Under the pieces are notes generated by a model. That model worked only from the letters and a program-made list of their open reading frames with translations, made no database searches and had not been told where the DNA came from. Below, piece by piece: positions 9,849-20,673 of a stretch of 64,000 bases of DNA. Source of the DNA: Diplonema japonicum. Its lineage: Eukaryota; Protista; Euglenozoa: Diplonemea. Position 1 is the stretch's first letter. Every line of letters starts with the position of its first letter. Where the stretch lies: NCBI GenBank assembly GCA_964019335.1, contig OZ025675.1, positions 372,001 through 436,000 of the forward strand. The letters run 5' to 3'. Position numbers and translations under genes: made by a program.

Positions 9849-10625
9849 GTTGTTTTTCTTTTTTTTTTTTTTTTTTTTTGTTTTGATAAATAGAATTGTG
9901 TTGTAAAGAAAGGGGAGTGGGGAGTGGTGGGGAAAAAAAATGATGGCTATTTATTGCATAAAACTACAACAACTTTATCAGAGCCCTTCATGCGTTAGGA
10001 AAACTACTGTTCATCCTGGCCACAGAAAAAAAAGAAAAGGGAGCCAAGATCTGGGAGGGGGGGGGGGGGGGGGGAGCGGCAATTTTAAGTGTATAACATT
10101 TTATCAAAAGCTCCGTAGAACCAGTACACGCGACAAGGTCGGCTGGATGGGACGTTGACTACTTGCCTCGATTTTTTGTGTCAAGTAATGGATGGAATAA
10201 AAAAAAAAAAAAAGAACAATTAACCAAGAAATTACTCTTTTTAGGAAAAAAAGAGGCTTTTCGTCAAAGAAAAGGTCACTTTTATTTTCTTTTTTCTTCC
10301 TTTTCTTTTCCTTGCGATCGCTTTATTTTCTTCGACTCCTTTCGGCATAACTACTACGGGAAAAAACAAAAATGTATCTTTTTTTTTTTTTTTTCCCCTT
10401 TCGGGGGGGGGGGTTCTTCTTTTTTTATTTCTCGCTTTTTTTTAGTAAGGGGAAAAGAGAGAGAGAAATAAAAAAAAGAAAAAAGAAAGAAAGAAAAAAA
10501 AGGTGTGCAAGTTTTAAAAAAGGAGGAATCATTTTTTTAAACCAAAAAATTGCATTAACAAATTCATGGCCAAGGTTATAAAAAAAAAGAAAAAAGAAAA
10601 AAAAAAAGAAGAAAAAGAAGAATTT

Positions 10626-10735
10626 CGATAAAATTTCAGTGTACATGAGGCATTATCGAGTAGGTGGTGTATCGACTCGTAAAGTCTTGCTGCATTCGTG
10701 CGCTGCTTTTGTGAAGGATTAACTCCCTTGGACTC

Positions 10736-10736
<1 letters not shown>
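10626..10736 (-). mobile_element. Short 3'-end fragment related to the family A terminus
   Basis: CGATAAAATTTCAGTGT matches the family A 3' terminus at ~35639; flanked by plus-strand A-tracts on both sides. Confidence 0.5.
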
Positions 10737-10769
<33 letters not shown>

Positions 10770-10794
10770 AGAGAAAAGAAAAAAAAAAACATTA

Positions 10795-11325
10795 TATATA
10801 TATGAGTTAAAGGAAGTCTTTGTGAGACGCCCCCTTGTTCTCATGCTCTACCTGCACCTATCCCCCTTCAGCAGCGGTTTCTCCTTCTTCGGTGGTCGTG
10901 CCGGCCTCCTCCCCAGCTTGGCTACTTTTTCCCTTCTTTCCTTTGCCCATTGCTTCCCCAGCTCCTCCAGGTCGTACTTGGTCTTCGTTGATGCAAAGAT
11001 TGCTCTTCTACTCCACCCGATCACCGCCTTCGTCCCTCCGATTGATCGCAGCGTATGTACTCTCTTGCATGGTTCAGCAGGGAAGGCCCTCCTTCCTTTC
11101 ACCTTCTTCTGCAGTCTCCCTAGTTCCCATGTGTTCCACACCTTCTTCATCACCGTGTGCAGTCTCCTGGCCTTCTGTCGCACCTCTGCCAACTCCCCTA
11201 GCTTCCCTCCAAGGGATTTCTGGGTCACGTTTTCGAAATCCAGCGCCGGCTCCACCGTCGACACTGCCGTGCTTCTGTTCCCTCCATACCAGCGCAGCTG
11301 CTTGAGCCATTTCAGCACCAACATT
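10795..11325 (-). mobile_element. 5'-truncated LINE, family B (C-terminal domain ORF 10848-11324)
   Basis: WLKQLRW...ALDFENVT...RAFPAEPCKRVHTLRSIGG is homologous to the family A C-terminus; terminus TATATGAGTTAAAGGAAGTCTTTGTGAGACG recurs at ~11708, 17930, 43592, 47636 and in degenerate form at ~44572 and 62078. Confidence 0.85.
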
Positions 11326-11593
11326 TAACATCGAGGTGACACAAGTCAAACGGCGCTCAGTGCGACCACACCAAAAAAAAAAGAAAAAAGAAACAGAGAG
11401 GTTTTTTTTTTGGGGGGGGGAATCAATTCACATCGTTCTGAAAAATCAAATGGTTTACAAACCTCTTGTCCCGCAGGAAGACATCGAGGAAGAAAAAAAA
11501 AGGGTGCGGGGTAAGAACGATTTTCTTTTTTTTTTGTTTTGCTTTAGGGGTATTATGGGGGACGAGCACGAAATGGAAAGAGCGAAGTGACAG

Positions 11594-11652
<59 letters not shown>

Positions 11653-12460
11653 AAAAAAGGTGATAAGAGAGGTATCTTTGGTGAACAATCTCACTTACAT
11701 AGCAATAATATATGAGTTAAAGGAAGGAAGTCTTTGTGAGACGCCACCTTTTCAAAAATAAATAAAATGGGGGGGTAGGGGTGACCTTCCCAGTATCGAC
11801 TACAGGCGTGCAGCTAAAGGCAAACTTAGGTGCAAGGGTCACCTGAAGGATGAGGGAGGACTTCGCCAATGCCCTTTTTTCACGGGGTTTTAACTGGTTG
11901 TAGGATGGGGGAAAGCGCCACACGACATAGAAAGCCAGATAGCCCACCGTGCTCATGGATTTGCTTGAATGCAGCCAAAAACACAAGGCACGACTTTGGT
12001 GGTGAGAAGGTGCTTCTGACAGAGGCCAAGTTTTCGCGACGAATTCAAAAGAAAATAAACTTTTAGAAAAGAAAAGAAAAAAAAAGAGGGAAAAAAAAAT
12101 CTTTTTTTTTTCCTTTGAGGTTAACCATCGAATCTAGGGAATAATAAATAGAACTTCACTCTTTTTTTTTTTTTTTTTTTTTTCTCCGGGTCCACATTTT
12201 TTTTCTTCTTTTTTCCCTTCTTTTTCTTTTCGCCAGTTCTGCGTGGTCATTTGTTGTCTCGTGGCAAAACCTTTTTTCATTCTTTTTTTTCTTCTTCTTT
12301 TTTTTTCCTGTTTTTTTGTTGTTTCCTCTTAAAAGGCAGAGCGATACTGCGGCCTTTACAAAAATGACACTCCCAAGGCGACTGTAACATTGTATTGAAA
12401 AAGTAACTGTTCTTTCTAGTTTTTTAAAACAAGAAGATATAAAAAAAAAATATATATATG

Positions 12461-12829
12461 GTCACCTCTCCGCTATTTGTCACAAAGTACTGCCCGCAAA
12501 TTTCATATTTCTTTAAGTGTAAAAATCAAAAGCCGTGCCTGGATTTGCTCCAGAAGTGGAATAAAATTTTGAATAAGAAAATCATGGCTAGGTGCATTTT
12601 TTTTACTTTCTTTAAACCCAGCGAAAATTAAGCAGGATTTACACTACTTTTCCCTTTAATTCCATGTCAAAGTTGTGCAAACTGTGTTCATACGCCACGA
12701 GAACCGGTACCTTGTTATCCAGCTTCCCTCAGGCTGTGCAGTCGAAGCTGTTGGGGTCACACAGAAAATTTAAAAAAGCGTTTTTTCGCATTTTTCGAAA
12801 AAAGCATTGACAAATAGCGGAGAGGTGAC
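12461..12829. mobile_element. MITE with 22-bp terminal inverted repeat, in TA-repeat context
   Basis: GTCACCTCTCCGCTATTTGTCA at 12461-12482 and its reverse complement at 12808-12829; TATATA flanks. Confidence 0.8.
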
Positions 12830-12996
12830 ATATATAAAAAAAAAAAAAAGGTGCCTCGTTGTCTCTACGACTCTGGCCGTGTTCCTGCCACCCGTCACCA
12901 GTTTGCAACCATATTGGGGTGCAGCCGTGTTGCGTCTTCTTGCCTGCTCGCTCAGCCAGCAGATTGACTTTTATTCCTAAAAACCCCATTTTGGGT

Positions 12997-14835
12997 TCAG
13001 TACACCTGCCGACGCTTTTGAACAGGTGTCCTTTTGACGATGGATTCGGAAAGTGCACTGGCTAAAGGTTCGTCAGTGTAGCTTGCCAACAACAGAAGGA
13101 GTTCTTCCGCGCCATGCTCACACCTCCCTAGTAGGTACTGCTTCGCTGCCTCGTTGTACTTCACCCAGTACTTCGCCCGAGACTCGTCCAGCTCGTACAT
13201 CCACTCCTGGTTCATCTGCTGAGTGTTCTGACGAGGCTGCCGTGCACTTGTTGGGGTATGTGGTAGAGACACTACCCCTTCTTCACTAACCACTTCCCAC
13301 AGGACTGCCTCCTGCTCGTGGTTGTGCTTGACAAAGGTGACCGCCTTGAGGACAATGCGCATTTCCTGTGTGACAGAGGCATCGATGTAAACAGCAGTGT
13401 TGCACACAACCCCAATGCCCCACTCCGCACCGAGCCTCTCGTACACAGATGTTAGAACGGAAACGTTCCCCATGATGCTGAACCGCCTCACCTCGTTGTT
13501 CCCAAGGTCTCCCACCAGAACCTTCCCACCGCACACGGCCACGTTCACTTCTATTGCTTTGTCACTCTTTCCCAGTCTTGGTGCCGTGCCCCGTTCAGTA
13601 TTCTTCTCTAATTTCATTTGTTTTAGTACGGTTGCTGTCTTCACCGCCGCCACTGCGTGTTGGACGCATTTCCTTGCCGCGTTGAACGAGGCGTGCACGT
13701 GGTCCCCGACGAACAGGTCCAGCATCCCCTTCTGTGCACGAACAGCGTGCAGTGCGAACCCGATCACCTTCGCGTGGAGGCGCATGAACTCCATCGGTTC
13801 CGCCTCCGCTGTTTTGATCGAGTTCTTCATGTTCATCACCAGCATCGTCGCCCTTGTGGATGACAGCACGTGTGGCGCTGCTGCTGCTGCTGTTGCTGAC
13901 TCAGACATAACAGACGCTGTAGCAGACTCTGACTGCGACTGGGAGTGCGTTCGGGAATAGGTACTCTCCCCGTCATCGGAGCTGGACCCACCGTTCTGCA
14001 AGCAAGACTGCGGGAGGTAAGGTTTATACGACCGAAGGTTCACAAGAATGGTGTGAAGCGCTTCGTGAAGTCTTTCAGGGAGGTCTTCCTTCGAAAGGTC
14101 GAGGTGGGCGTCTGCCTCTTCAAGCTTGAACCCTGCAAGGAAGGAGGCCACGTCGCGTGCTGCAAGAACACCCAGTTCCAACTTCCGTTTTTCAGCGAGA
14201 ACCTCATCAGCGAAACCCCTTGTGAAGTAGTAGTCGAGGAGGAAGACAGCAACCATGAGCAGGAACACAAGTCCGATCTTGGATGCCTTCTTGCCACAAG
14301 GGAGGTTGGTGCAGTTGCAGTTCTCATTGAAACGGAAAGCATTGTCACCATTGAAATTCGTGTGTGAACCACCTATGTCGAGTAGGCCGAAGCGAGAGGA
14401 TTGTTCAACAGTAGCAACGAAGAGCCAGAGGCAGAGGGTGGTGACGACGATGATGGAGGACCTTGACCTGATCCTGCACACGAGGAACACATCGACGACT
14501 AGTACAGCTATGGGCCACATTCTTGCATTCATAGCACCTAAAGCGTTCAGATCTGTGAAAATAATCCCTATAAGGTCCGCGTACCCCACAAGCTCTATGA
14601 AAGTGTCGGAGGGCTTCTTGTTCACAAACAGCCACACCAAGGCAAAGAAGTTGGTACTGGCGACTATGACGGCGGCAATGAAGGCGGTTGTGAACTGGGT
14701 CACGAAGATGCCTGCGGTGCCCAGGAGCATGAGTATCAGGAAGAACCATAAAAGAACCTTCTTTCGCTTGACCATCACCTCATCGTCGTCGGGGAGGGCG
14801 AGCTTGCTGACAAGCCAGTTGTGCAGCGACCACAT
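12997..14835 (-). CDS. 6TM receptor with degenerate class III cyclase domain, paralogue 1
   Basis: Likely start MWSLHNW; TM region homologous to the 7131-9269 gene (FLLDYYFTRGFA, NLRSYKPYLP); cyclase-like LFVGDHVHASFN; C-terminal QEWMY motif. Confidence 0.9.
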   Translation of the reverse strand: MWSLHNWLVSKLALPDDDEVMVKRKKVLLWFFLILMLLGTAGIFVTQFTTAFIAAVIVASTNFFALVWLFVNKKPSDTFIELVGYADLIGIIFTDLNALGAMNARMWPIAVLVVDVFLVCRIRSRSSIIVVTTLCLWLFVATVEQSSRFGLLDIGGSHTNFNGDNAFRFNENCNCTNLPCGKKASKIGLVFLLMVAVFLLDYYFTRGFADEVLAEKRKLELGVLAARDVASFLAGFKLEEADAHLDLSKEDLPERLHEALHTILVNLRSYKPYLPQSCLQNGGSSSDDGESTYSRTHSQSQSESATASVMSESATAAAAAPHVLSSTRATMLVMNMKNSIKTAEAEPMEFMRLHAKVIGFALHAVRAQKGMLDLFVGDHVHASFNAARKCVQHAVAAVKTATVLKQMKLEKNTERGTAPRLGKSDKAIEVNVAVCGGKVLVGDLGNNEVRRFSIMGNVSVLTSVYERLGAEWGIGVVCNTAVYIDASVTQEMRIVLKAVTFVKHNHEQEAVLWEVVSEEGVVSLPHTPTSARQPRQNTQQMNQEWMYELDESRAKYWVKYNEAAKQYLLGRCEHGAEELLLLLASYTDEPLASALSESIVKRTPVQKRRQVY

Positions 14836-14987
14836 TCTTTTCTTGTTGAGAAAACCCCCTGTGGTTGGTGGAGGTGAGAATAAAAAAAACGTAGTTGCTC
14901 GAACAAGCAGCCAATTTTCTTTTTTTTTTTTTTCTTGCTGGAACAACAATGCAATACAGACTTGAAAAGAATTGTTACAATTAAAAA

Positions 14988-15080
14988 CTCAAGGTGCAGG
15001 ACAAGCCCCTCCCACGATGAGGGACTTGGCTCTCTTATGTTCGTATGCAGGGAAGGGGCGTCGCTTCTTCCGTGCCCTGC
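14988..15080 (-). mobile_element. Short 3' fragment of LINE family D
   Basis: CTCAAGGTGCAGGACAAGCCCC and GAAGGGGCGTCGCTTCTTCCGTGCCCTGC match 51207 and ~51484; A-tracts on both sides. Confidence 0.7.
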
Positions 15081-16915
15081 AAAAAAAAAGGAAAAAAAAA
15101 GGAAAAACGAGAATTCTGATGAAAGACAGGAGAGGAGAATGGACAGTAAAGTTCCGAATGAGGAGAAAAAAGGAGGGGGGGGGGGGGGGGAGGGGAATAG
15201 AACGTTGTGTTTAGTTATAGAAACCTTAATAAAAAAAAAGGGGGAGCGGTCCCATTCGCCAGTTACGGTATTGCAAGTACATGCAGTACATGTGGCGGGA
15301 CGGGGGAGGGGGGGGGATTAACAACTAATTTTTCTTTTCGCTTCATCTTCTTTTCTTGTTTTAAAAAAAAAACTGTTCCTTCTTTCGTTTTTTTTTTCCT
15401 TTTCGCTTCATCTTCCTTTCTTGTTTTAAAAAAAAAAAAAAAACTGTTCCTTTACCGTTTGATAACTACAATAACAAAATGCGTTGTTTTCTGCTTATCA
15501 AAAAAGAAGAAAAGGACACCAGAATAAAAGAGGGGGAAGAAAAAAATATCCGTATTCTCTTGTATTTCTCCCAATTTCTTTTTTTTTGTTTTCCTTCTTT
15601 TCGTTCTTTTTTTTTTTTTTTTCCCTTTGCTTTTTTTTTTTTTTTTTTTTGCTGAACACAACTTAGAGATATTGGTAAAGAAAATTAAAAACGAGTCGGG
15701 TTTTTAGCATTAAAAAAAAAAAAAAAAAAAAAAGGGATTACGAATGAGTAACTAACCTAACGACTTACCTGAGGGGGAGGGGAGTGCAAAACTATCGTGA
15801 TTGCCTGCATCGCGTGTCAGTCCTTACACATCCCTCTCCCCCAAAAAAGATTCTTTAAAAAAAAATAAAAAAGAAGAACACGACACAAAATGCAATGTAA
15901 TATCACCAACATCAATGAAAGTCAATACCTAAAAAGCTAACCTCCTGGTAAGCATCATTAGAACCGGCAGTCATCAGGGGGGGCATGCAGGGTACAAGAA
16001 TATGGGCCCATGTGTAGCAGGCACCAATAGTACGCCGTTCTATTCTTAATTCTTTTTTTTTTTCAAAGCCGCCAGGAACGTGGCAGCGGTGCTCCTCACC
16101 ACCTAATGTTTCCGTTCTCCATTGAGCTTGGCCACAAGGAGGCTGAAGGACATGGTCGCGAAACAAGGGCGCACTCACTGAAGAGATTGACATTACCCAA
16201 AAGGCATAAAAAATGTAAGTCTTTATAAAAAATTAACACGAAATCGAGTCGGGGGGGGGGGGGGGGGGGGGGGCGAGCGTACGCGTTTCTTTTTTTTTTT
16301 TTATCAGAAAACAACATTTCCAAAACTACCGTATCTTAAAATTTTTCAAAATTTCTTTTTTGCAACGGTTTGTTAACAACTTAAAGAAAAGCTTGTTTCT
16401 CTCCCCACCCAAGAGGGCCCGACCACAGCCCGCGCGAAAAAAGAAGAGGAAACATGTTGCCAACGTTCCCTTTTTCTTTTTTTGTTTAAACAAGTCAAGA
16501 GACTCGTTCTTGTAAATAGAAAAATAATTATTTATGACCATATGTCATCGTTGTCTGCACGAGCAAAAAAAAAAAAAAAAGGTTTTTAGAAAAGACTGCG
16601 AAAGTTTTTTGCTTGGCACAAGTTGCATATAGTTATAAAATCATTTTTTGAAGAATAAAAAAAAAAAATATTTGTAACAAAAAAAAAACTTTGGTAGAGA
16701 AAGAAACTAGGAAAGAAAAAAAAGGGGGAGGGGGAAACTATGGATGGGCAAGCATTTTTGGTATTTTATACAGATTTTTGAAAACCAGAGGCTTTCTTTC
16801 CTTCTTGTGGACAACCTGAAAGAAAATTTGCTGAGCAAGGGAGAGATCACTACTTTATTTCTTTGTGCGACAAGTAGAGAGAATAAGATTTATAGTCGAC
16901 TGGTGCCAGGTCTTT

Positions 16916-16951
<36 letters not shown>

Positions 16952-17131
16952 CCATATTTACGAATTACGGAAGTCTTGTGGTCCCCCAAAGGTATGTCGC
17001 GCAACTCTTGGTACTTTTTTTTTTCTTTTTTTTTTTTTTTTTTTTTTTTGCAATCCCCCGGAATACTCCTGGGAGCTTGTATGTGACACTGTGAGACGCA
17101 CCACAAAATTGCTACGACCACTTTTTTTGTT

Positions 17132-17240
17132 TTAACAATATTATTGTCGAGACTAAAAACTAGTTGATGGCAGCGTAATGAGCTATTTTATTAGGTAAAA
17201 TTCCGCTCGTGCGCACAAACAAATGGAGCGCCAAACTAGT
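17132..17240 (+). repeat. ~100-bp dispersed repeat, possibly a non-autonomous Helitron-like element (other copies, inverted, at ~43752-43846, 47280-47400, 48159-48250)
   Basis: ACTAGTTGATGGCAGCGTAATGAGCTATTTT...CCGCTCGTGCGCAC...ACTAG|T: GC-rich palindrome near a CTAG-T end. Confidence 0.6.
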
Positions 17241-17441
17241 TTTTTTGTTCATGATACAAGAAACTGAACAGCGATCGGAGGGGGGAGGGGAGGGGAGATA
17301 ATAAAGGAACAAAAATGACAAACAAAAATACGCAAAAAAGATTTAAAATTTTAAAAAAAGAAAAAAAAAAAAAAAGAAGAAAAATAAAATAGAGCCGATA
17401 TATTATTTTGTATTCGTTATTTTACCCCCCCCCCCCCTTAG

Positions 17442-17611
17442 GGCTATGCTGGCATGGAAACGCGTTTCCATGCATTTTTTGAAAAAAAAGGGAAACGGAA
17501 ACGTTTCCCTATTTTGGGGGCCGTTTCCTTGGGGCAGAAACATAGCCGTTTCCGTAAGAATTTTGAAAACATGGAAATGGAAACGTTTCCACGTTTCCTG
17601 CCAGCATAGCC
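17442..17611. mobile_element. MITE with TIR GGCTATGCTGGCA and internal GGAAAC/GTTTCC repeats
   Basis: TIR pair visible; further copies at 48892-49108 and ~55838-55982. Confidence 0.8.
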
Positions 17612-17929
17612 AGCCCCCCCCCCCTCTCTTCGTTTTTTCGGCGTTACTAGCCGTGATGTACCTGTTCGCGAAGAATGTGTTGAAAAACTGAAGATCAGCG
17701 AGCAACTGGTCACGAACAACTGGTGGAATCAGAGCCATAGAAAGGAAACAGAAACAACTGGGCAGACTATTCGCCCTTTAGCCTCTGAGCTATTGGTTGG
17801 GGGGTAGGGGGGGGGGGGGTATAAGTTTATAAGTTGGTTGGCCACAAAAAAGGGCATCGCAAAAAAAAAAAAAAAAACTTTTCCCCTCCCGAAGATTCAT
17901 AATGAGTGAAGGAAAATAGAAAATAAATA

Positions 17930-18318
17930 TATATGAGTTAAAGGAAGTCTTTGTGAGACGCCCCCTTGTTCTCATCCTCTACCTGCACCTATCCCCTTTC
18001 AGCAGCGGTTTCTCCTCCTTCGGTGGCCTTCTCCCCAGCTTGGCCGCTTTTTCTCTTCGTTCTCTTGCCCATTGTCCTTTCAACGCCTCTAGGTCATGCT
18101 TGGTCTTCGGTGATGCAAATATCGCCCTTCTGTTCCATCCGATCACCGCCTTTGTCCTCCCGATGGATCGTAGTGTATGCACCCTTGTGCTCGGCTCAGC
18201 TGGGAAGGCTCTCCTTCCTTTCACCTTCTTCAGTACCCTCCCTAGCTCCCATGTGTGCCAGATCTTCTTCATCAGTCCATGCAATCTCCTCGCTTTCTGC
18301 TGTACTTTGTACTCTGCG
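17930..18318 (-). mobile_element. 5'-truncated LINE, family B
   Basis: ORF 17979-18284 paralogous to 10848-11324; same 3' terminus. Confidence 0.85.
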
Positions 18319-18456
18319 AGAAATAAAAATGAAAAGAAATGGCGGGGGGTAGCTATTTGTCACAACACTTTACGCCAAAACATGAAAAGAAAAGCTGTTC
18401 TTTTGAGGTCTGCGTTTTTGCGCTCACCGTTCGAGTTGCGTTTAAAAAAAGAAAAA

Positions 18457-18725
18457 TTGATAAACTTCGGGGGTGGGTGGGTGGGTGCTTACTGTTCAGG
18501 TAGAAATTCACACTAATCGGTCACCGTTCTGCGGTTGCTGTCTGGTGCCTGCGGTGGCTGTTTGTCGCGAAGAGATGGACGGCATCTGGGCGAGAAACAT
18601 TGCTTGGAGTCGTGTTTGGCTCGAGAAGAGTGGTCTCCTGTTGTAGCCGTGTGTCGTCGGGCCCCCAAGATGTCGAAGGGTGTGTACCCTTGTCTTTGCG
18701 TTGGCGGGGAAAGCATTCTTCCCTG
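18457..18725 (-). mobile_element. Short 5'-truncated LINE, family A
   Basis: Matches 41640-41915 with a small internal deletion; candidate TSD AAAAGAAAAA (18447-18456 / 18726-18735). Confidence 0.85.
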
Positions 18726-18873
18726 AAAAGAAAAAAAAAACGGGTTTTTAGAGATATGATGCGTAATCTAAAACACTCTTCAACGCGGGAATTCTTGCGG
18801 ATCTTCCGAGTCTTGAGTCTAGGTGTCTATGTTCTCTCTTTCTTTTTCTTTTCTTTCTTCATTCTTTTCCCTC

Positions 18874-20673
18874 TCAGTACACCAGGCGCCTCTTGTCAAC
18901 AGGCACGTTTCCTGCTATCATGTTCAGTAGAGATGTGGCCAAAGGCTCACTTTGATAACCTTCAAGCAAGATCAGGGATTCGCTGCCCACGCACTTTCCT
19001 AGCAGGTACTGCTTCGCTGCCTCGTTGTACTTCACCCAGTACTTCGCCCGAGACTCGTCCAGTGCGTACATCCACTCCTGGTCCATGTCCTGGATGCTTC
19101 GTGTCTTATGCTTGCCACTCCGGAGGACTCCCTTTGCAGCCCCAACGGGTCCTATTGGGCCTAGTTCCTCACCGCCTACGGCTTCCCACATGATTGCTTC
19201 ATGTTCCAGGCCTCGTTTCACAAAGGTGACCGCCTTGAGGACAATGCGCATTTCCTGTGTGACAGAGGCGTCCATGTAGGCAGCAGTGTTGCACACAACC
19301 CCAATGCCCCACTCCGCACCGAGCCTCTCGTACACAGATGACAGAACCGCCGCGTGTCCCATGATGCTGAACCGCCTCACCTCGTTGTTCCCAAGGTCTC
19401 CCACCAGAACCTTCCCACTGCACACGGCCACGTTCACTTCGACTCCCTTCTCGTGTTTTCCTTGTTTTAATGCGTTTGCTGTCTTCACCGCCGCCACTGC
19501 GTGTTGGACGCATTTCCTTGCCGCGTTGAACGAGGCGTGCACGTGGTCCCCGACGAACAGGTCCAGCATCCCCTTCTGTGCACGAACAGCGTGCAGTGCG
19601 AACCCGATCACCTTCGCGTGGAGGCGGCTGAACTCCGAAAGCTCCGCTGCGGCAATCTCGATAGAGTTCTTCATGTTCATCACCAGCATCGTCGCCCTTG
19701 TGGATGTCAGCACGTACTGTGGTGCCGCCGGTGCATCAGGGAGAACCTGCCCCTGCCCCTGTACTGACTCTGACTGCGAGTGCGAAGGGGTGCGGGAGTG
19801 CGAGCTGATGTCCTCTTCGGTACTGTCCGAGTCGCTCCCTCCACGCAGACAGGACTGCGGGAGGTAAGGTTTATACGACCGGAGGTTCACAAGAATGGTG
19901 TGAAGCGCTTCGTGCAGCTTGTCGGGGAGGTCATCGCGCGACCTTTCGAGTGTCACGCTGGCCTCTTCAAGCTTGAACCCTGCAAGGAAGGAGGCCACGT
20001 CGCGTGCTGCAGCGACGCCCAGTTCCAGATTCCGTTTTTCAGCGAGAACCTCTTCAGCGAAACCCCTTGTGATGTAGAAGTCAAGGAGGAAAATAACCAT
20101 CATGTTAATAAATGCAAGACCAGCACCCGTTATAACCCGCTTGCAAGGGAGGTGATCACACCCACAGGTGTTCTTCTTGCGAAGGGCATGGTCACCGTTG
20201 AAGTCGGCATCACCTATGTCATAGAGGCCGAAGCGGGTGGCGTCCTCAACACTGGTGAGGAGGAGCCAGAGGAGGAGGGTGACTATGACGACGATGGAGG
20301 ACCTTGACCGTATCCTGCACACGAGGAACACATCGATTACGATGACAGAGAGCGCCCACACTCTTGGGATCATGGCGCCCAGTGCGTTGTAGTCCACTAA
20401 TATGATCCCTATAAGGTCCGCGTACCCCACAAGCTCTATGAAGGTGTCGGAGGGCTTCTTGTTCACAAATAGCCACACCAAGGCCAGGCCGTTGCTAGCA
20501 AGAGCTAGATAAGACGCTAGTAATGCAGTTTGCAGCTTTGATACAATCGAGCCGATCACACCCATCACGAAGGGCGCGAAGAAGAACCATATTAAAATTC
20601 TTTTCCTTTTCATCATCACCTCATCATCGTCATCGAGGGAGAGCTTGCTGACGAGCCAGTTTTGTAGCCACAT
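18874..20673 (-). CDS. 6TM receptor with degenerate cyclase domain, paralogue 2
   Basis: Likely start MWLQNW (ATG 20673); same motifs as paralogue 1. Confidence 0.9.
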   Translation of the reverse strand: MWLQNWLVSKLSLDDDDEVMMKRKRILIWFFFAPFVMGVIGSIVSKLQTALLASYLALASNGLALVWLFVNKKPSDTFIELVGYADLIGIILVDYNALGAMIPRVWALSVIVIDVFLVCRIRSRSSIVVIVTLLLWLLLTSVEDATRFGLYDIGDADFNGDHALRKKNTCGCDHLPCKRVITGAGLAFINMMVIFLLDFYITRGFAEEVLAEKRNLELGVAAARDVASFLAGFKLEEASVTLERSRDDLPDKLHEALHTILVNLRSYKPYLPQSCLRGGSDSDSTEEDISSHSRTPSHSQSESVQGQGQVLPDAPAAPQYVLTSTRATMLVMNMKNSIEIAAAELSEFSRLHAKVIGFALHAVRAQKGMLDLFVGDHVHASFNAARKCVQHAVAAVKTANALKQGKHEKGVEVNVAVCSGKVLVGDLGNNEVRRFSIMGHAAVLSSVYERLGAEWGIGVVCNTAAYMDASVTQEMRIVLKAVTFVKRGLEHEAIMWEAVGGEELGPIGPVGAAKGVLRSGKHKTRSIQDMDQEWMYALDESRAKYWVKYNEAAKQYLLGKCVGSESLILLEGYQSEPLATSLLNMIAGNVPVDKRRLVY

